NCBI GenBank assembly: GCA_903928655.1
Contig: CAIYSA010000051.1
Location: forward strand, 5,061-69,060
Reading direction: 5' to 3'
Length of the DNA stretch: 64,000 nucleotides
Origin: an uncultured Bacteroidota bacterium
Lineage (GTDB): Bacteria; Bacteroidota; Bacteroidia; B-17B0; Aurantibacillaceae
Below, piece by piece: positions 28,038-37,927 of this stretch (its first letter is position 1; each line of letters opens with the position of its first letter). Made by a program: the position numbers and the translations under genes. The notes beneath the pieces were generated by a model. That model saw only the letters and a program-made list of their open reading frames with translations. It was not told the origin of the DNA and made no database searches.

Positions 28038-29969
28038 TTAATATCTGCTTAATTGGAATTTAAAATCATCCTCCTCAGTCAATTTATCACTTATAATACG
28101 CTCACCGTTTATATTTGTTTTTAAATATTTATTCTCAAATGTTTTTATTCTAAATGTGTTTTTTTCTATAAACTCAAATTTAAAACTTGACGTAGAGTTA
28201 TATATTTTTCCATTTAATGTAATTAATCCGCCATATCCATAATCAATTCTAGCAACTGTGTTATTTATTGTTTTGATTTGAAATTTACCATCCTTAAATA
28301 AAGAAAAAACTAATTTTGTTTTGTTAACTGAGTCTGTGGTTAGTTTATCGTTACTATTTGAAAAATAACCAAACTTTACTGATTTTAAGTAAAGAGTATC
28401 TTTTCTAATTAAGGTGAATTTATCTATGCTATAAATTTTAAAATCCGAATTGTTTTCAATTTCTGGAGGTAAAAGCCCCGTATTAATAATTCCAACTTTA
28501 TATCCATTGTCCTTTATTACTTTAACATCCTCTGAGCTTGGCGGTCTTGAATAGGCAATTAAACCTGTTTCAAACATATAACTAATGTTTCCAGGAAAAT
28601 CACAATTAAATAAAACATGAGTTTTATCTTTTTCGATGCTATTAATGAGTTCTGCAGTCTCTTTATTATTTTCTTCTCTTTCCAAATAAAACAAATCTTT
28701 TTCAACTACTTTCCAACTTGTAAATTTTTCCTGAACGTCCTCTATATTAAAAGATAAGAATCCGAAAAAAAGAACAATTCCAATAAATAAAAATTTCTTA
28801 AACTTATGGCTTGCAAAAAACTCATCATGCATTCTATTTGCAATTGCACCAAATCCCAAAAAAACTATAAATGAAACAATGGTTGTAAAACCTAACATTT
28901 TTGTTTGAACGAAAGTGAAAAATAAATAAATAAAAACAAAGGATGAAATTAACGCCAAATACATCGTTCTTTCTTTCATGTATCTATACAACAATACAAT
29001 TCCGACCAAACAAAATAAAGGGGCTAAATAACCATATTGGATTTTTAATACCTCTACATAAAAATAAGAATCGCCTGCATGACCTTCTAACGCTTCAGTT
29101 ATATGTTTTTTATTAAAATCATATTCGATGCTAGATTCGGCAGGGTATCTAAGCATAATATATATTTGCCAAGGCATAGAAATAACTAATGCAATTATTA
29201 AGCTTTTTAAAAAATCATAGTATAAGGAGATTTTATAAAAAATAGCTTTATTATTTGAAATAATATAAATGAACCAGCAAAAAAATATGATGAGGGCTAC
29301 AAGCCATTTTGTTAAAATTGCAAGGCCACAAAAAACGCCTATCAATATAACGTATTTAAACTTTTTTTCTGTTGATACATAGTTTACAAATGCCCAGAAA
29401 CTGGCGATAATCAGGCCCATAAAAACAACATCATTGTGATCGGTTGCAATTCGTCCAGAAACAAAATCATTGATGTGATTATTTAAACTAAAAAATAAAG
29501 CGGCATAAAATCCTATTCGTTCATTTGTAATTTTTTTTCCTATATCATAAATAAAAAATACGCTAAGGCACATATAAATTAAACTTGGCAATCTAACAGC
29601 AAAGGCAGAAGCGCCAAACACTTTAATACTTAAGGCCATTTGCCACAAAAACCAAGGTTGCTTGTGTACCCATATTGTGGTATCGCCCCAATACAAACCT
29701 AGTTTAAAAAAAGTTTTATGATAAAGTTCTGGAGAAAAAGGATTTGCAACCATGTTTTTTGCTACCAACCCATGAAAAACTTCATCCCAAGCAAATAAAT
29801 AAGGGGCTAATAATATCATGAATAATTTCAAACAAATACTCCCTAATACTAAAATAAAAATTGCTCGATTTTTATTATTATAAAGCTCAAAATAAAAAAC
29901 TGATACGGTAATTAACAAAAATGCTATTCCTATTAATAGTTGAAGTGGTATAGAGAAATAAGAATCCAT
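28038..29969 (-). CDS. ArnT/PMT_2-like (GT39/GT83-type) GT-C glycosyltransferase with a C-terminal beta-trefoil-like domain
   Basis: 643 aa. The first periplasmic loop carries the GT-C acidic motif (FAWDEVFHGLVAKNM). About 12 TM follow, then ~230 soluble residues ending in a three-fold repeat pattern (see findings). Confidence 0.7.
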   Translation of the reverse strand: MDSYFSIPLQLLIGIAFLLITVSVFYFELYNNKNRAIFILVLGSICLKLFMILLAPYLFAWDEVFHGLVAKNMVANPFSPELYHKTFFKLGLYWGDTTIWVHKQPWFLWQMALSIKVFGASAFAVRLPSLIYMCLSVFFIYDIGKKITNERIGFYAALFFSLNNHINDFVSGRIATDHNDVVFMGLIIASFWAFVNYVSTEKKFKYVILIGVFCGLAILTKWLVALIIFFCWFIYIISNNKAIFYKISLYYDFLKSLIIALVISMPWQIYIMLRYPAESSIEYDFNKKHITEALEGHAGDSYFYVEVLKIQYGYLAPLFCLVGIVLLYRYMKERTMYLALISSFVFIYLFFTFVQTKMLGFTTIVSFIVFLGFGAIANRMHDEFFASHKFKKFLFIGIVLFFGFLSFNIEDVQEKFTSWKVVEKDLFYLEREENNKETAELINSIEKDKTHVLFNCDFPGNISYMFETGLIAYSRPPSSEDVKVIKDNGYKVGIINTGLLPPEIENNSDFKIYSIDKFTLIRKDTLYLKSVKFGYFSNSNDKLTTDSVNKTKLVFSLFKDGKFQIKTINNTVARIDYGYGGLITLNGKIYNSTSSFKFEFIEKNTFRIKTFENKYLKTNINGERIISDKLTEEDDFKFQLSRY

Positions 29970-30033
29970 AATTAATAAAGCAAGTTAAAAATTTTGGTTA
30001 AAATAGTAACATTGAAAAATAATAATTGATCCA

Positions 30034-30579
30034 TTATTTTGAAAACTTATATTTAATTTCTAAATCATCCATATCAAAAAAATCTTTACCAGAATCTTTC
30101 ATTGCAAACACTTTGATGTAAGTTTGTTTTTCAAAAAGAAGTTTAGCTGGATAAAAAAAAGAATCACTAAGTTGAATCCATTTATTATTATGAAAAGATT
30201 TTTTTTTCGCGCAAATTGATTTCCAATCTAATAATTTATCTCCAACATTTAACGAAACTCCAATCTCTCCTTCAATTGGCGATATTTTTTCTCTCACCCA
30301 AACAGAAATATAAACTGATAAATTATACCCTATTAAGCTATCTGGAATTGTTTTGCAATAGCCAGCACCGTAAAGTGTTACAGAATCAATTGAAGAATAA
30401 TAATTTCCTGAATGCGCATTGTTTAATTTACGATATTGATTGCTATAAGCATCCTCATTTTCTAAATTTACTTTTGCTGAGTGTATAATGTCTAGATTTT
30501 CATTATTACTTTTTTGTGAGCGAGAACATCCCAAAAAAATTAATAAAATTAAACTACTAAATGAAAGATTATTCTTCAC
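30034..30579 (-). CDS. Lipoprotein, homologous to the C-terminal domain of the 601-aa GT-C-like protein
   Basis: GTG start. Lipobox LLIFLGCS. The IKVFAM hexapeptide and flanking blocks are shared with 25477..27282. Confidence 0.6.
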   Translation of the reverse strand: MKNNLSFSSLILLIFLGCSRSQKSNNENLDIIHSAKVNLENEDAYSNQYRKLNNAHSGNYYSSIDSVTLYGAGYCKTIPDSLIGYNLSVYISVWVREKISPIEGEIGVSLNVGDKLLDWKSICAKKKSFHNNKWIQLSDSFFYPAKLLFEKQTYIKVFAMKDSGKDFFDMDDLEIKYKFSK

Positions 30580-30588
30580 TTTTTACTT

Positions 30589-31299
30589 TTATTTTTTTCT
30601 TACTGTAACTTGCTCAATTCTTTTTTCATAATTCTCACCTTGAAAAATACGATGAACATAAATGCCAGGTGTATGAATTTGATCGGGATCTAGCTCTCCA
30701 AGTTCAACCAATTCTTCAACCTCAGCAATAGTAATTTTTCCAGCCATTGCCATCATCGGATTAAAATTTCTGGCAGTAGAACGGAATATCAAATTTCCAG
30801 CAGAATCGCCTTTCCAAGCTTTAACAATTGCAAAATCTGCTTCAAAGGCATGCTCCATTAAATATTCTTTTGTTTCGCCGTTATATGTAAATGTTCGTGT
30901 TTCTTTGCCAATTGCCACTTCTGTTCCAACTCCTGCGGGAGTATAAATAACAGGCATGCCATAGCCTGCAGCCATACATCGAGTTGCTAAAGTGCCTTGT
31001 GGTATTAACTCCACTTCAAGTTCACCGCTTAGCATTTGTCTTTCAAACTCAGCGTTTTCTCCAACGTATGAAGAAATCATTTTTTTAATTTGCTTTGATT
31101 GCAATAATAATCCTAATCCAAAATCATCAACACCAGCATTATTACTAACGCATGTCAAGTTTTTTGATCCTTTTTTTACTAATGCTGAAATACAGTTTTC
31201 GGGAATGCCACATAAGCCAAAACCTCCAACTAAAAGAGTCATGTTATCTGTAATATCTTTTACCGCTTCTTCAGCATTTTTTACTACTCTGTTTATCAT
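30589..31299 (-). CDS. scoA: 3-oxoacid CoA-transferase subunit A
   Basis: [16 protein letters not shown] and the [10 protein letters not shown] blocks are typical of CoA-transferase family I alpha subunits. Confidence 0.88.
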   Translation of the reverse strand: MINRVVKNAEEAVKDITDNMTLLVGGFGLCGIPENCISALVKKGSKNLTCVSNNAGVDDFGLGLLLQSKQIKKMISSYVGENAEFERQMLSGELEVELIPQGTLATRCMAAGYGMPVIYTPAGVGTEVAIGKETRTFTYNGETKEYLMEHAFEADFAIVKAWKGDSAGNLIFRSTARNFNPMMAMAGKITIAEVEELVELGELDPDQIHTPGIYVHRIFQGENYEKRIEQVTVRKK

Positions 31300-31311
31300 T
31301 TTAATTTTTAA

Positions 31312-33555
31312 TTAATAATTTGTTTCAAATCCGTTATCTTGAATTTCTAAATCATTTGCTGCATCATACTTGCTACAATCTAATTCAACATCTCCCATAT
31401 TAGCAGGAACCTTAAATCCTGCTTTTGTCATTTTTAAACTTTTATCGGCATATATTTTTTGAAAAAATTTACCCCAAATTGGTAAAGCCATGCTTGCTCC
31501 TTGCCCTTCGTTAGTTGAATTAAAATGAACACTTCTTTCTTCTCCACCTGTCCAACAGCCCGCAACTAATTCGGGTGTTAAACCCATAAACCATCCATCT
31601 GCATTGTTTTGTGTCGTTCCTGTTTTTCCCGCTATTTCATTTCGTAAATTAAATCTTCCTCTTAACCTAGAGCCTGTTCCATAATCAACAACGCCCCTCA
31701 TTAATTGAATGATTGCAAATGCATTTTGTTCGCTAAAAACTTCGTCGGTTGTTGGTATAAACTCTTCTAAAACTTTTCCGTTTTTATCTTCAATTCGAGT
31801 TATAAATGTTGGTTGAATGTATGTTCCTTTATTTGCAAAAGTTGCATTTGCGGCAACCATTTCAAACACAGAAATATCTGGAGTACCTAAACAAATTGAA
31901 GGCACCGCATCTATAGGTGCAGTTATTCCCATTCTTCTAACCAAATTAATAACAGCTTCAGGTCCAAATCGTTTGATTAAAAAAGCTGAAACATAATTTA
32001 CTGATCCCGCTAAAGCTTTTCGAAGTGTTATCATTTTACCAGTTCCTTTTTCTCCATCAGAATTATCCGGACACCATTCTTTACCATCTGCAGTTGTAAT
32101 ACAAGTTCTCACATTTGGAACTTGATAACAAGGAGAATAGCCCTCTTGAATTGCTAAAGCATATACAAATGGTTTAAATGTTGAACCCACTTGCCTGCGT
32201 CCAACTTTAACATGATCGAATTTAAAATGCCTATGATTTACACCACCAACCCAAGCTTTAACATAACCAGTTGTTGGTTCAATTGCTACAAAACCAGTAT
32301 GTAAAAAAGATTTATAATATCTAATGCTATCCCAAGGCGTCATTATTGTATCAATATCTCCCTTAATACTATAAACTAACATCTTTACAGGTTTTTTAAA
32401 TTCTTCTAAAATATGCTCTCTTGAAAATCCTGCATTTTTTAATGAACGGTAACGATCGCTTCTTTTCATCGAGCTTATCATTATATTTTCTATTTGCTCT
32501 TTATTTACATTCCAGGCAAAAGGGGCGTTTTTTTTAGTTTTACATTCTTTATTAAATAGTTTTTGTAAATCAAACATATGCTCCGACACCGCCTCTTCTG
32601 CACATCGCTGCATTCTTGAGTCAACAGTAGTAAATATTTTTAAACCGTCTCTATAAATATTATAGGGCTTATTAGTTTCAGGGTTAATATGCTTTGAACA
32701 CCAGTCTTTCATAAAATATTCTCTCAAATATTCTCTAAAATAAGGGGCAAGTCCATCGTTATGGTCTTCCGGTTGAAAAATAACCCCTAATGGTAATAGT
32801 TTTAAACTGTCATATTTTTGCTTAGAAAGTACGCCATATTTTACCATTTGAAACATTACGACATTACGACGATGCATTGTAGTATCTGCTTTTTTTATTG
32901 GATTAAAAACCGATGGGTTTTTTGCCATACCAATGAGCATAGCCGCTTGTTGAATTTCTAAACTATCCTGATTTCTGTTAAAGTAAATTTGTGCAGCGGA
33001 TTTAATCCCAACAGCTTGATTTAAAAAATCAAACTTGTTTAAGTACATCGAAAGTATTTCATCTTTTGTATAATTTTTTTCTAAACGCGCAGCAATTACC
33101 CATTCTTTTAATTTCTGTAAAACCATTTTTGGTTTACTCAATTTTTGACGAGGAAACATCATCTTAGCTAACTGCTGAGTTAAGGTGCTTCCTCCACCTT
33201 TATTCATATTTCCTGTTAGTATTCCTGAAACAGATCGTCCCAATGCTTTTAAATCGATTCCGCTATGTTTTATAAAACGGGCATCTTCAGTACTTATTAA
33301 AGCATTAATTAAATCATTATCTAATTCATAATATTTTACATTAACTCTATTTTCGGCATAGTACTTTCCTAATGTTTTACCATCACAACTATAAATAACT
33401 GTTGCTAAGTTACTTTTTGGATTTTGAAGTTCTTCAACACTTGGTAAATCAAAAAACAATTCGAAAGAAATAAGAGATATTAAAAAAAACAAAATAATAA
33501 ATGGACTCCAAACAAACAGCCATGTGAATTTTACGTATTTTGAATTTTTTTGCAA
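31312..33555 (-). CDS. Class A penicillin-binding protein (PBP1A-type transglycosylase/transpeptidase)
   Basis: GT51 motifs EDARFIKHSGID and GGSTLTQQLAK. Transpeptidase motifs STFKP, SVN and KTGTT. Confidence 0.92.
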   Translation of the reverse strand: MQKNSKYVKFTWLFVWSPFIILFFLISLISFELFFDLPSVEELQNPKSNLATVIYSCDGKTLGKYYAENRVNVKYYELDNDLINALISTEDARFIKHSGIDLKALGRSVSGILTGNMNKGGGSTLTQQLAKMMFPRQKLSKPKMVLQKLKEWVIAARLEKNYTKDEILSMYLNKFDFLNQAVGIKSAAQIYFNRNQDSLEIQQAAMLIGMAKNPSVFNPIKKADTTMHRRNVVMFQMVKYGVLSKQKYDSLKLLPLGVIFQPEDHNDGLAPYFREYLREYFMKDWCSKHINPETNKPYNIYRDGLKIFTTVDSRMQRCAEEAVSEHMFDLQKLFNKECKTKKNAPFAWNVNKEQIENIMISSMKRSDRYRSLKNAGFSREHILEEFKKPVKMLVYSIKGDIDTIMTPWDSIRYYKSFLHTGFVAIEPTTGYVKAWVGGVNHRHFKFDHVKVGRRQVGSTFKPFVYALAIQEGYSPCYQVPNVRTCITTADGKEWCPDNSDGEKGTGKMITLRKALAGSVNYVSAFLIKRFGPEAVINLVRRMGITAPIDAVPSICLGTPDISVFEMVAANATFANKGTYIQPTFITRIEDKNGKVLEEFIPTTDEVFSEQNAFAIIQLMRGVVDYGTGSRLRGRFNLRNEIAGKTGTTQNNADGWFMGLTPELVAGCWTGGEERSVHFNSTNEGQGASMALPIWGKFFQKIYADKSLKMTKAGFKVPANMGDVELDCSKYDAANDLEIQDNGFETNY

Positions 33556-33740
33556 TGTTATACTAATTTAACACAAAGTTAATTTAAAACTTTAGACATA
33601 AAAATTAAAGATTAAAAATCTAAATTTTAATTCTATCCAATGAAAGTGCTATTTTTATCGGCGAAATAGCTAAATAAATGAGTTAAAATTTGGTAAATAT
33701 TCGAAAAAATTCCCTAGTTTTGTTATTAAATTATTAAATC

Positions 33741-36700
33741 ATGAAAAAAACCATACTATTTGTTGCTTTAATTTTAAATTTTGGCTATTTACAGAATTCA
33801 TTTGCTCAAAAAAGTGAGAAAGAAGCAGCAGAACAAAAGAAATTAGCAGACTTTAATAAAAAAAATGTTTTTGATGAAGCGGGCGAAACTCAAAAAGCGA
33901 AAGCTAAAGGTATATTGCCGTCAGATATTAAAGGTTATGTTGAGTTTTTAAAAAATGACTTTTCGTCCAAAAAAGCACTAGAAAAAGAACCTCACAAGCA
34001 TTCTCCATATGAAACTCCTCAAGGATTTCAGGAAACTGTAATTTATTTAAATCCAAATAAAACCTCAAGCATTGGTTGCCCAAATATGGGTTTTGAAAAT
34101 TATAATTTTACTGGGTGGACAGGCGGAATTGGAACTGTTGCTACAGGAGCAGTACTTCCCGTTTATAGTGTTACCGGAACTAGTATTATTAACCCAGCCG
34201 GAAATAACGTTTCGGTTGCTAATACAGCTAACTATCACACAATTATGACTAGGCCAACTACAACAAACAATGTTTATCCTACATGCTCCTCTTACGGTTA
34301 TGATAGTGTTACAACCCACTTATCTGGTACAACTCTTATTTCAGACGTTTCTTTTGTTAGCCCATATAGTTTTGATCCAGTTTCAGTAAGAATGAATGGA
34401 ACAAATGCCAATTACAGAGGTTGTCGTTTGAAATATATTACTACAACATCTGCTACTAATAAACAAGTTTTATTTAGTTATGCTTGTGTGCTCCAAAATG
34501 GTGGTCATCCAGCTAATCAATCTCCATACTTTAGTGTAGAGGTAAGAAATGAAGCAACTGGATTAATTTTACCAGGATGTACATCTTATACATTTAACCC
34601 AGTTTCTTCATTGCCTTCCGATTCTTTAAAAGCTACTGCTTCACCAGGTTATTCAGGAGTAAGTTATAGAAAGTGGAATTTATATTCTGTAGATTTAGGG
34701 TCACTCCCTTTAGGAACAAATGTTTCAATTAATTTTGAAGTTGGAGGCTGTACACAAAGTGGCCACTGGGGTTATGCCTATGTTGATGCAGAATGTGGTG
34801 GGATAGGAACACCATATGCTAATATGTGTTCAGGAACAACCTTTGCTACATTAGTTGCACCTCCAGGATTTAATTCATACCAATGGATTAATCCTTTAGG
34901 TGTTCCAGTAGTAGGTGGAACAAATGATACTTTAATCGCTAACCCCGCTACACCAGGCCAAGTATATTCTGTTACAATGGTTTCCCCAGGAGGCTGTACT
35001 GTTACATTAACTGATACTGTTAAATTGACAACCGTATCAATAATTAATATTAATGCTACAAGTTCATGCGCTGGTGGTCATTCTGGAACTGCCTCCGTTT
35101 TAGCTAGTGGTAGTAATGGTATATATACTTATACTTGGACAAGTACTTCTGGACCAACAACTGGGTCAGTAGTAGGAACCAGTCAAACGGTCGGTGGCTT
35201 AGCGCCTGGTACTTATAGTGTTTTAGTCGCATCAACTACCTGTGGTTTAGCCACTGCAACAATTGTGGTGGGGGTTTCGCCACCGTTTTACTCCGTGCAA
35301 AATAAACCTTTTTGTGGAACCTCGGCATTTATACCAACAAGCGGAGGCTCTGCACATCAGTGGTACGGAGGACCTGCATTATCGCAAACCCTTATACCTG
35401 CTCCTGTAGGTACAAATGACACTTTATTTATTCCTGCCGCAGCTTCAGGAGCTGTTTACACATTAGTTTATACTAATATTTCGGGATGTAAAGACTCTGT
35501 AAAATATACTTTAACTTCAATTCCAGGCGGAACTGCCTTTTTATCCAATCTTGCAAATGTTTGTCCTGGAAACACAAATGGATCGGCTAGTTTAAGTTTA
35601 AGCACTACCTTTCCGGCACCATATAATTATTATGTAACTGGGCCAGGCGGACCAACAGTTGTATTAAATACAACCACCGCTTCAACTTTAGTTACGGTAA
35701 GTCCTTTAGCTACTGGAGTTTATACTGCAGTAATTAATGATGGTGTGTGTATTTACACTAACTCTTTCACAATAACAACCATCCCAACTAATTTTACAGT
35801 AACTAATACTAATACCGTGCTTTGTTTTCCAATTGATACTGCAAAGTTTCATTTAAACTTTGGCTCAACAGCTGGCCCTGCTGTTTGTGGTGTAGACCCT
35901 TCATTATGTTCAGGCCCAGCAACTCAATTATTTTATGCTGGTCCGTTTACATCAAATAGCTCAACGTCTTATCCAACGCCTTATGGCAATTTTTATACCT
36001 ATGCCAAACATCAGTTTTTAGTGAGAAAGGCTGACTTAAACGCTGCGGGTATTACTGCTGGTAAAATTTCGAGTTTAGCTTTTAATGTTTTAACTTTAAA
36101 TTCTAGTATTACCAGTTATCCAAATTTTAGTATTAAAATGGGTTGCTCTCCCTTAACAGATTTACCAAACGTTGCTGTAACACCAACTGCTTTTTATGGC
36201 GGACTAACTACTGTTTATACAAGTGCTTCGCAACCAATTACTACTGGGTGGGTTACTCATAATTTTTCTCAAAGCTACGTTTGGGATGGCATTTCAAATG
36301 TTCTTATTGAAGTTTGTTTTGGAATGAATACTCCTTTTACTTGGACTCAGAATGCATCTATTGAACTAAAACAAATGCCGTACAATGCAACTATGTTATA
36401 CAGAGAAGATGGGGCGCCTGTTTGTGCAGGTCCACAACTAGCAAACAATTCGGGAGCTATGGTAAGTGGCGCAAATATGTTACCAAATATGCGTTTTGGA
36501 TATTGTGGTTCAGTTTTACCAGCTAGCAGTTATACTGTTGCAGTATCATCTAATGGTACTATTACAACAAATTATGGAAATGATTCTATAAAAGTAGTTC
36601 CAACATTTACTGTAGCACCATTAGGTAACGTTCCTACTATTTATACTATTACAGTAACAAATCCACAAGGATTATGTACCGCGACTCAAACAGTTGCAAT

Positions 36701-37748
36701 CCTTTACCCATCTGGTGTTATTACTATGACAACCGTTCCAACTTCATCAATAATATGTGAAGGAACAACACTGAACTTGTCAGCAAATGGTGCAGTAAAT
36801 TATAACTGGACTTATTATCAAGCTGGAGGATATACACCAATTTCAAATACATCCTCTATCTCTGTAACGCCGCCAGTTATTGGAACAAACTCTTATGTTG
36901 TTTCGGGAACGTCTCCTTGCCCTGGAATACCGGACACCAAAACAATTACTATAACAGTGCTGCCAAAGGCTAATTTAATAATTACACCAATGCAAGATGT
37001 TACTAAGTGTTTGAATAAACCATATGTTATCACAACAGGTGTAGGATCAACTACTCCTGGAAATGCAGGAACGCCTTATTCATACAATTGGACTGAAATT
37101 CCAAGTTCAACATCAATTGGAACCGCAACAAGTTATACTGCAAATTCAAACCTTACCACAACACTTGTAGTAACAGTAAATGGGGTTTGTGCTTTACCAA
37201 CATCAGATACGGTGGTTATTAAAAACTTAGTTGATGACTTAGCAATTTCTATCTTAGACTCTTCAACTACTTGTGCAAACACACCATTTACATTGTCAAG
37301 TATTGCTACTGGAGGTTATCCAATCTATAATTTTAATTGGTTTATTTATGGGGTTGCAGGTACAATTTCAAATACTCAAAACTTAAGTTATACAAGTCCG
37401 TCAACTGAAGGAACTTATACAATAACAGCAAGCGTAATTGATAGTTGCAGTTATACAAAAAATGCTTTTGAAATAATTACTGTATTGCCTCCATGTGCTG
37501 TTGATATACCAAATGTAATTACGCCAAATGGAGACGGATCTAACGATATTTTTATTATTAAAAACATCCAACACCATCCTAATACAAGTTTATTGATATT
37601 TGATAGATGGGGTAAAAAGGTTTATGAAAATCCAAACTATAACAATGAATGGAAAGGAGAAGGAACTGCTGATGGAACATTCTTCTATATATTAGATGTT
37701 CCGGATGATAAAAAATACAACGGATTTATAACCATTTTTCATAAATAA
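33741..37748 (+). CDS. Giant secreted adhesin-like protein with a T9SS type-B (gliding motility-associated) C-terminal sorting domain
   Basis: 1335 aa with a signal peptide. It is Thr/Ser/Gly-rich with Ig/SprB-like repeats (e.g. SSCAGGHSGTASVLASGSNGIYTYTWT). The C-terminus VITPNGDGSNDIFIIKNI...IFDRWGKKVYE...GTFFYILDV is the type-B CTD signature. Confidence 0.88.
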   Translation: MKKTILFVALILNFGYLQNSFAQKSEKEAAEQKKLADFNKKNVFDEAGETQKAKAKGILPSDIKGYVEFLKNDFSSKKALEKEPHKHSPYETPQGFQETVIYLNPNKTSSIGCPNMGFENYNFTGWTGGIGTVATGAVLPVYSVTGTSIINPAGNNVSVANTANYHTIMTRPTTTNNVYPTCSSYGYDSVTTHLSGTTLISDVSFVSPYSFDPVSVRMNGTNANYRGCRLKYITTTSATNKQVLFSYACVLQNGGHPANQSPYFSVEVRNEATGLILPGCTSYTFNPVSSLPSDSLKATASPGYSGVSYRKWNLYSVDLGSLPLGTNVSINFEVGGCTQSGHWGYAYVDAECGGIGTPYANMCSGTTFATLVAPPGFNSYQWINPLGVPVVGGTNDTLIANPATPGQVYSVTMVSPGGCTVTLTDTVKLTTVSIININATSSCAGGHSGTASVLASGSNGIYTYTWTSTSGPTTGSVVGTSQTVGGLAPGTYSVLVASTTCGLATATIVVGVSPPFYSVQNKPFCGTSAFIPTSGGSAHQWYGGPALSQTLIPAPVGTNDTLFIPAAASGAVYTLVYTNISGCKDSVKYTLTSIPGGTAFLSNLANVCPGNTNGSASLSLSTTFPAPYNYYVTGPGGPTVVLNTTTASTLVTVSPLATGVYTAVINDGVCIYTNSFTITTIPTNFTVTNTNTVLCFPIDTAKFHLNFGSTAGPAVCGVDPSLCSGPATQLFYAGPFTSNSSTSYPTPYGNFYTYAKHQFLVRKADLNAAGITAGKISSLAFNVLTLNSSITSYPNFSIKMGCSPLTDLPNVAVTPTAFYGGLTTVYTSASQPITTGWVTHNFSQSYVWDGISNVLIEVCFGMNTPFTWTQNASIELKQMPYNATMLYREDGAPVCAGPQLANNSGAMVSGANMLPNMRFGYCGSVLPASSYTVAVSSNGTITTNYGNDSIKVVPTFTVAPLGNVPTIYTITVTNPQGLCTATQTVAILYPSGVITMTTVPTSSIICEGTTLNLSANGAVNYNWTYYQAGGYTPISNTSSISVTPPVIGTNSYVVSGTSPCPGIPDTKTITITVLPKANLIITPMQDVTKCLNKPYVITTGVGSTTPGNAGTPYSYNWTEIPSSTSIGTATSYTANSNLTTTLVVTVNGVCALPTSDTVVIKNLVDDLAISILDSSTTCANTPFTLSSIATGGYPIYNFNWFIYGVAGTISNTQNLSYTSPSTEGTYTITASVIDSCSYTKNAFEIITVLPPCAVDIPNVITPNGDGSNDIFIIKNIQHHPNTSLLIFDRWGKKVYENPNYNNEWKGEGTADGTFFYILDVPDDKKYNGFITIFHK

Positions 37749-37766
37749 TAACAGATAATCATATTT

Positions 37767-37797
37767 AAAAACCCTCAATTTAGTTGAGGGTTTTTTG
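37767..37797 (+). terminator. Rho-independent terminator of the adhesin gene
   Basis: AAAACCCTCAA-ttta-gTTGAGGGTTTT followed by a T-run, 20 nt after the stop. Confidence 0.85.
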
Positions 37798-37902
37798 TTT
37801 GTATCAAATGCTAATAACAAGAGGCTAAAGTTTAATGAAGTCAAAAATCAAATTAACCTATAATTATGCGGTTGATTATTATCTAAATATGCAAAAGAAA
37901 GA

Positions 37903-37927
37903 GCCTCAACAAATTCCATGTTGAGGC
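37903..37927 (-). terminator. Probable terminator hairpin downstream of the ChaN-like gene
   Basis: GCCTCAAC-aaattccat-GTTGAGGC. On the minus strand it is followed by a T-rich tract (ctctttcttttgc). Confidence 0.55.

Noticed and set aside
30195-30210. A/T homopolymer tracts as phase-variation switches. One is a 9-nt run inside the lipoprotein gene encoding AKKKS. Several 8-nt runs lie in the GT-C genes near 24990, 25030 and 25180.
   Set aside because: Runs of 8-9 A/T are common in a genome this AT-rich and code for Lys/Phe stretches. All the ORFs are intact and there is no evidence of frameshifted copies.
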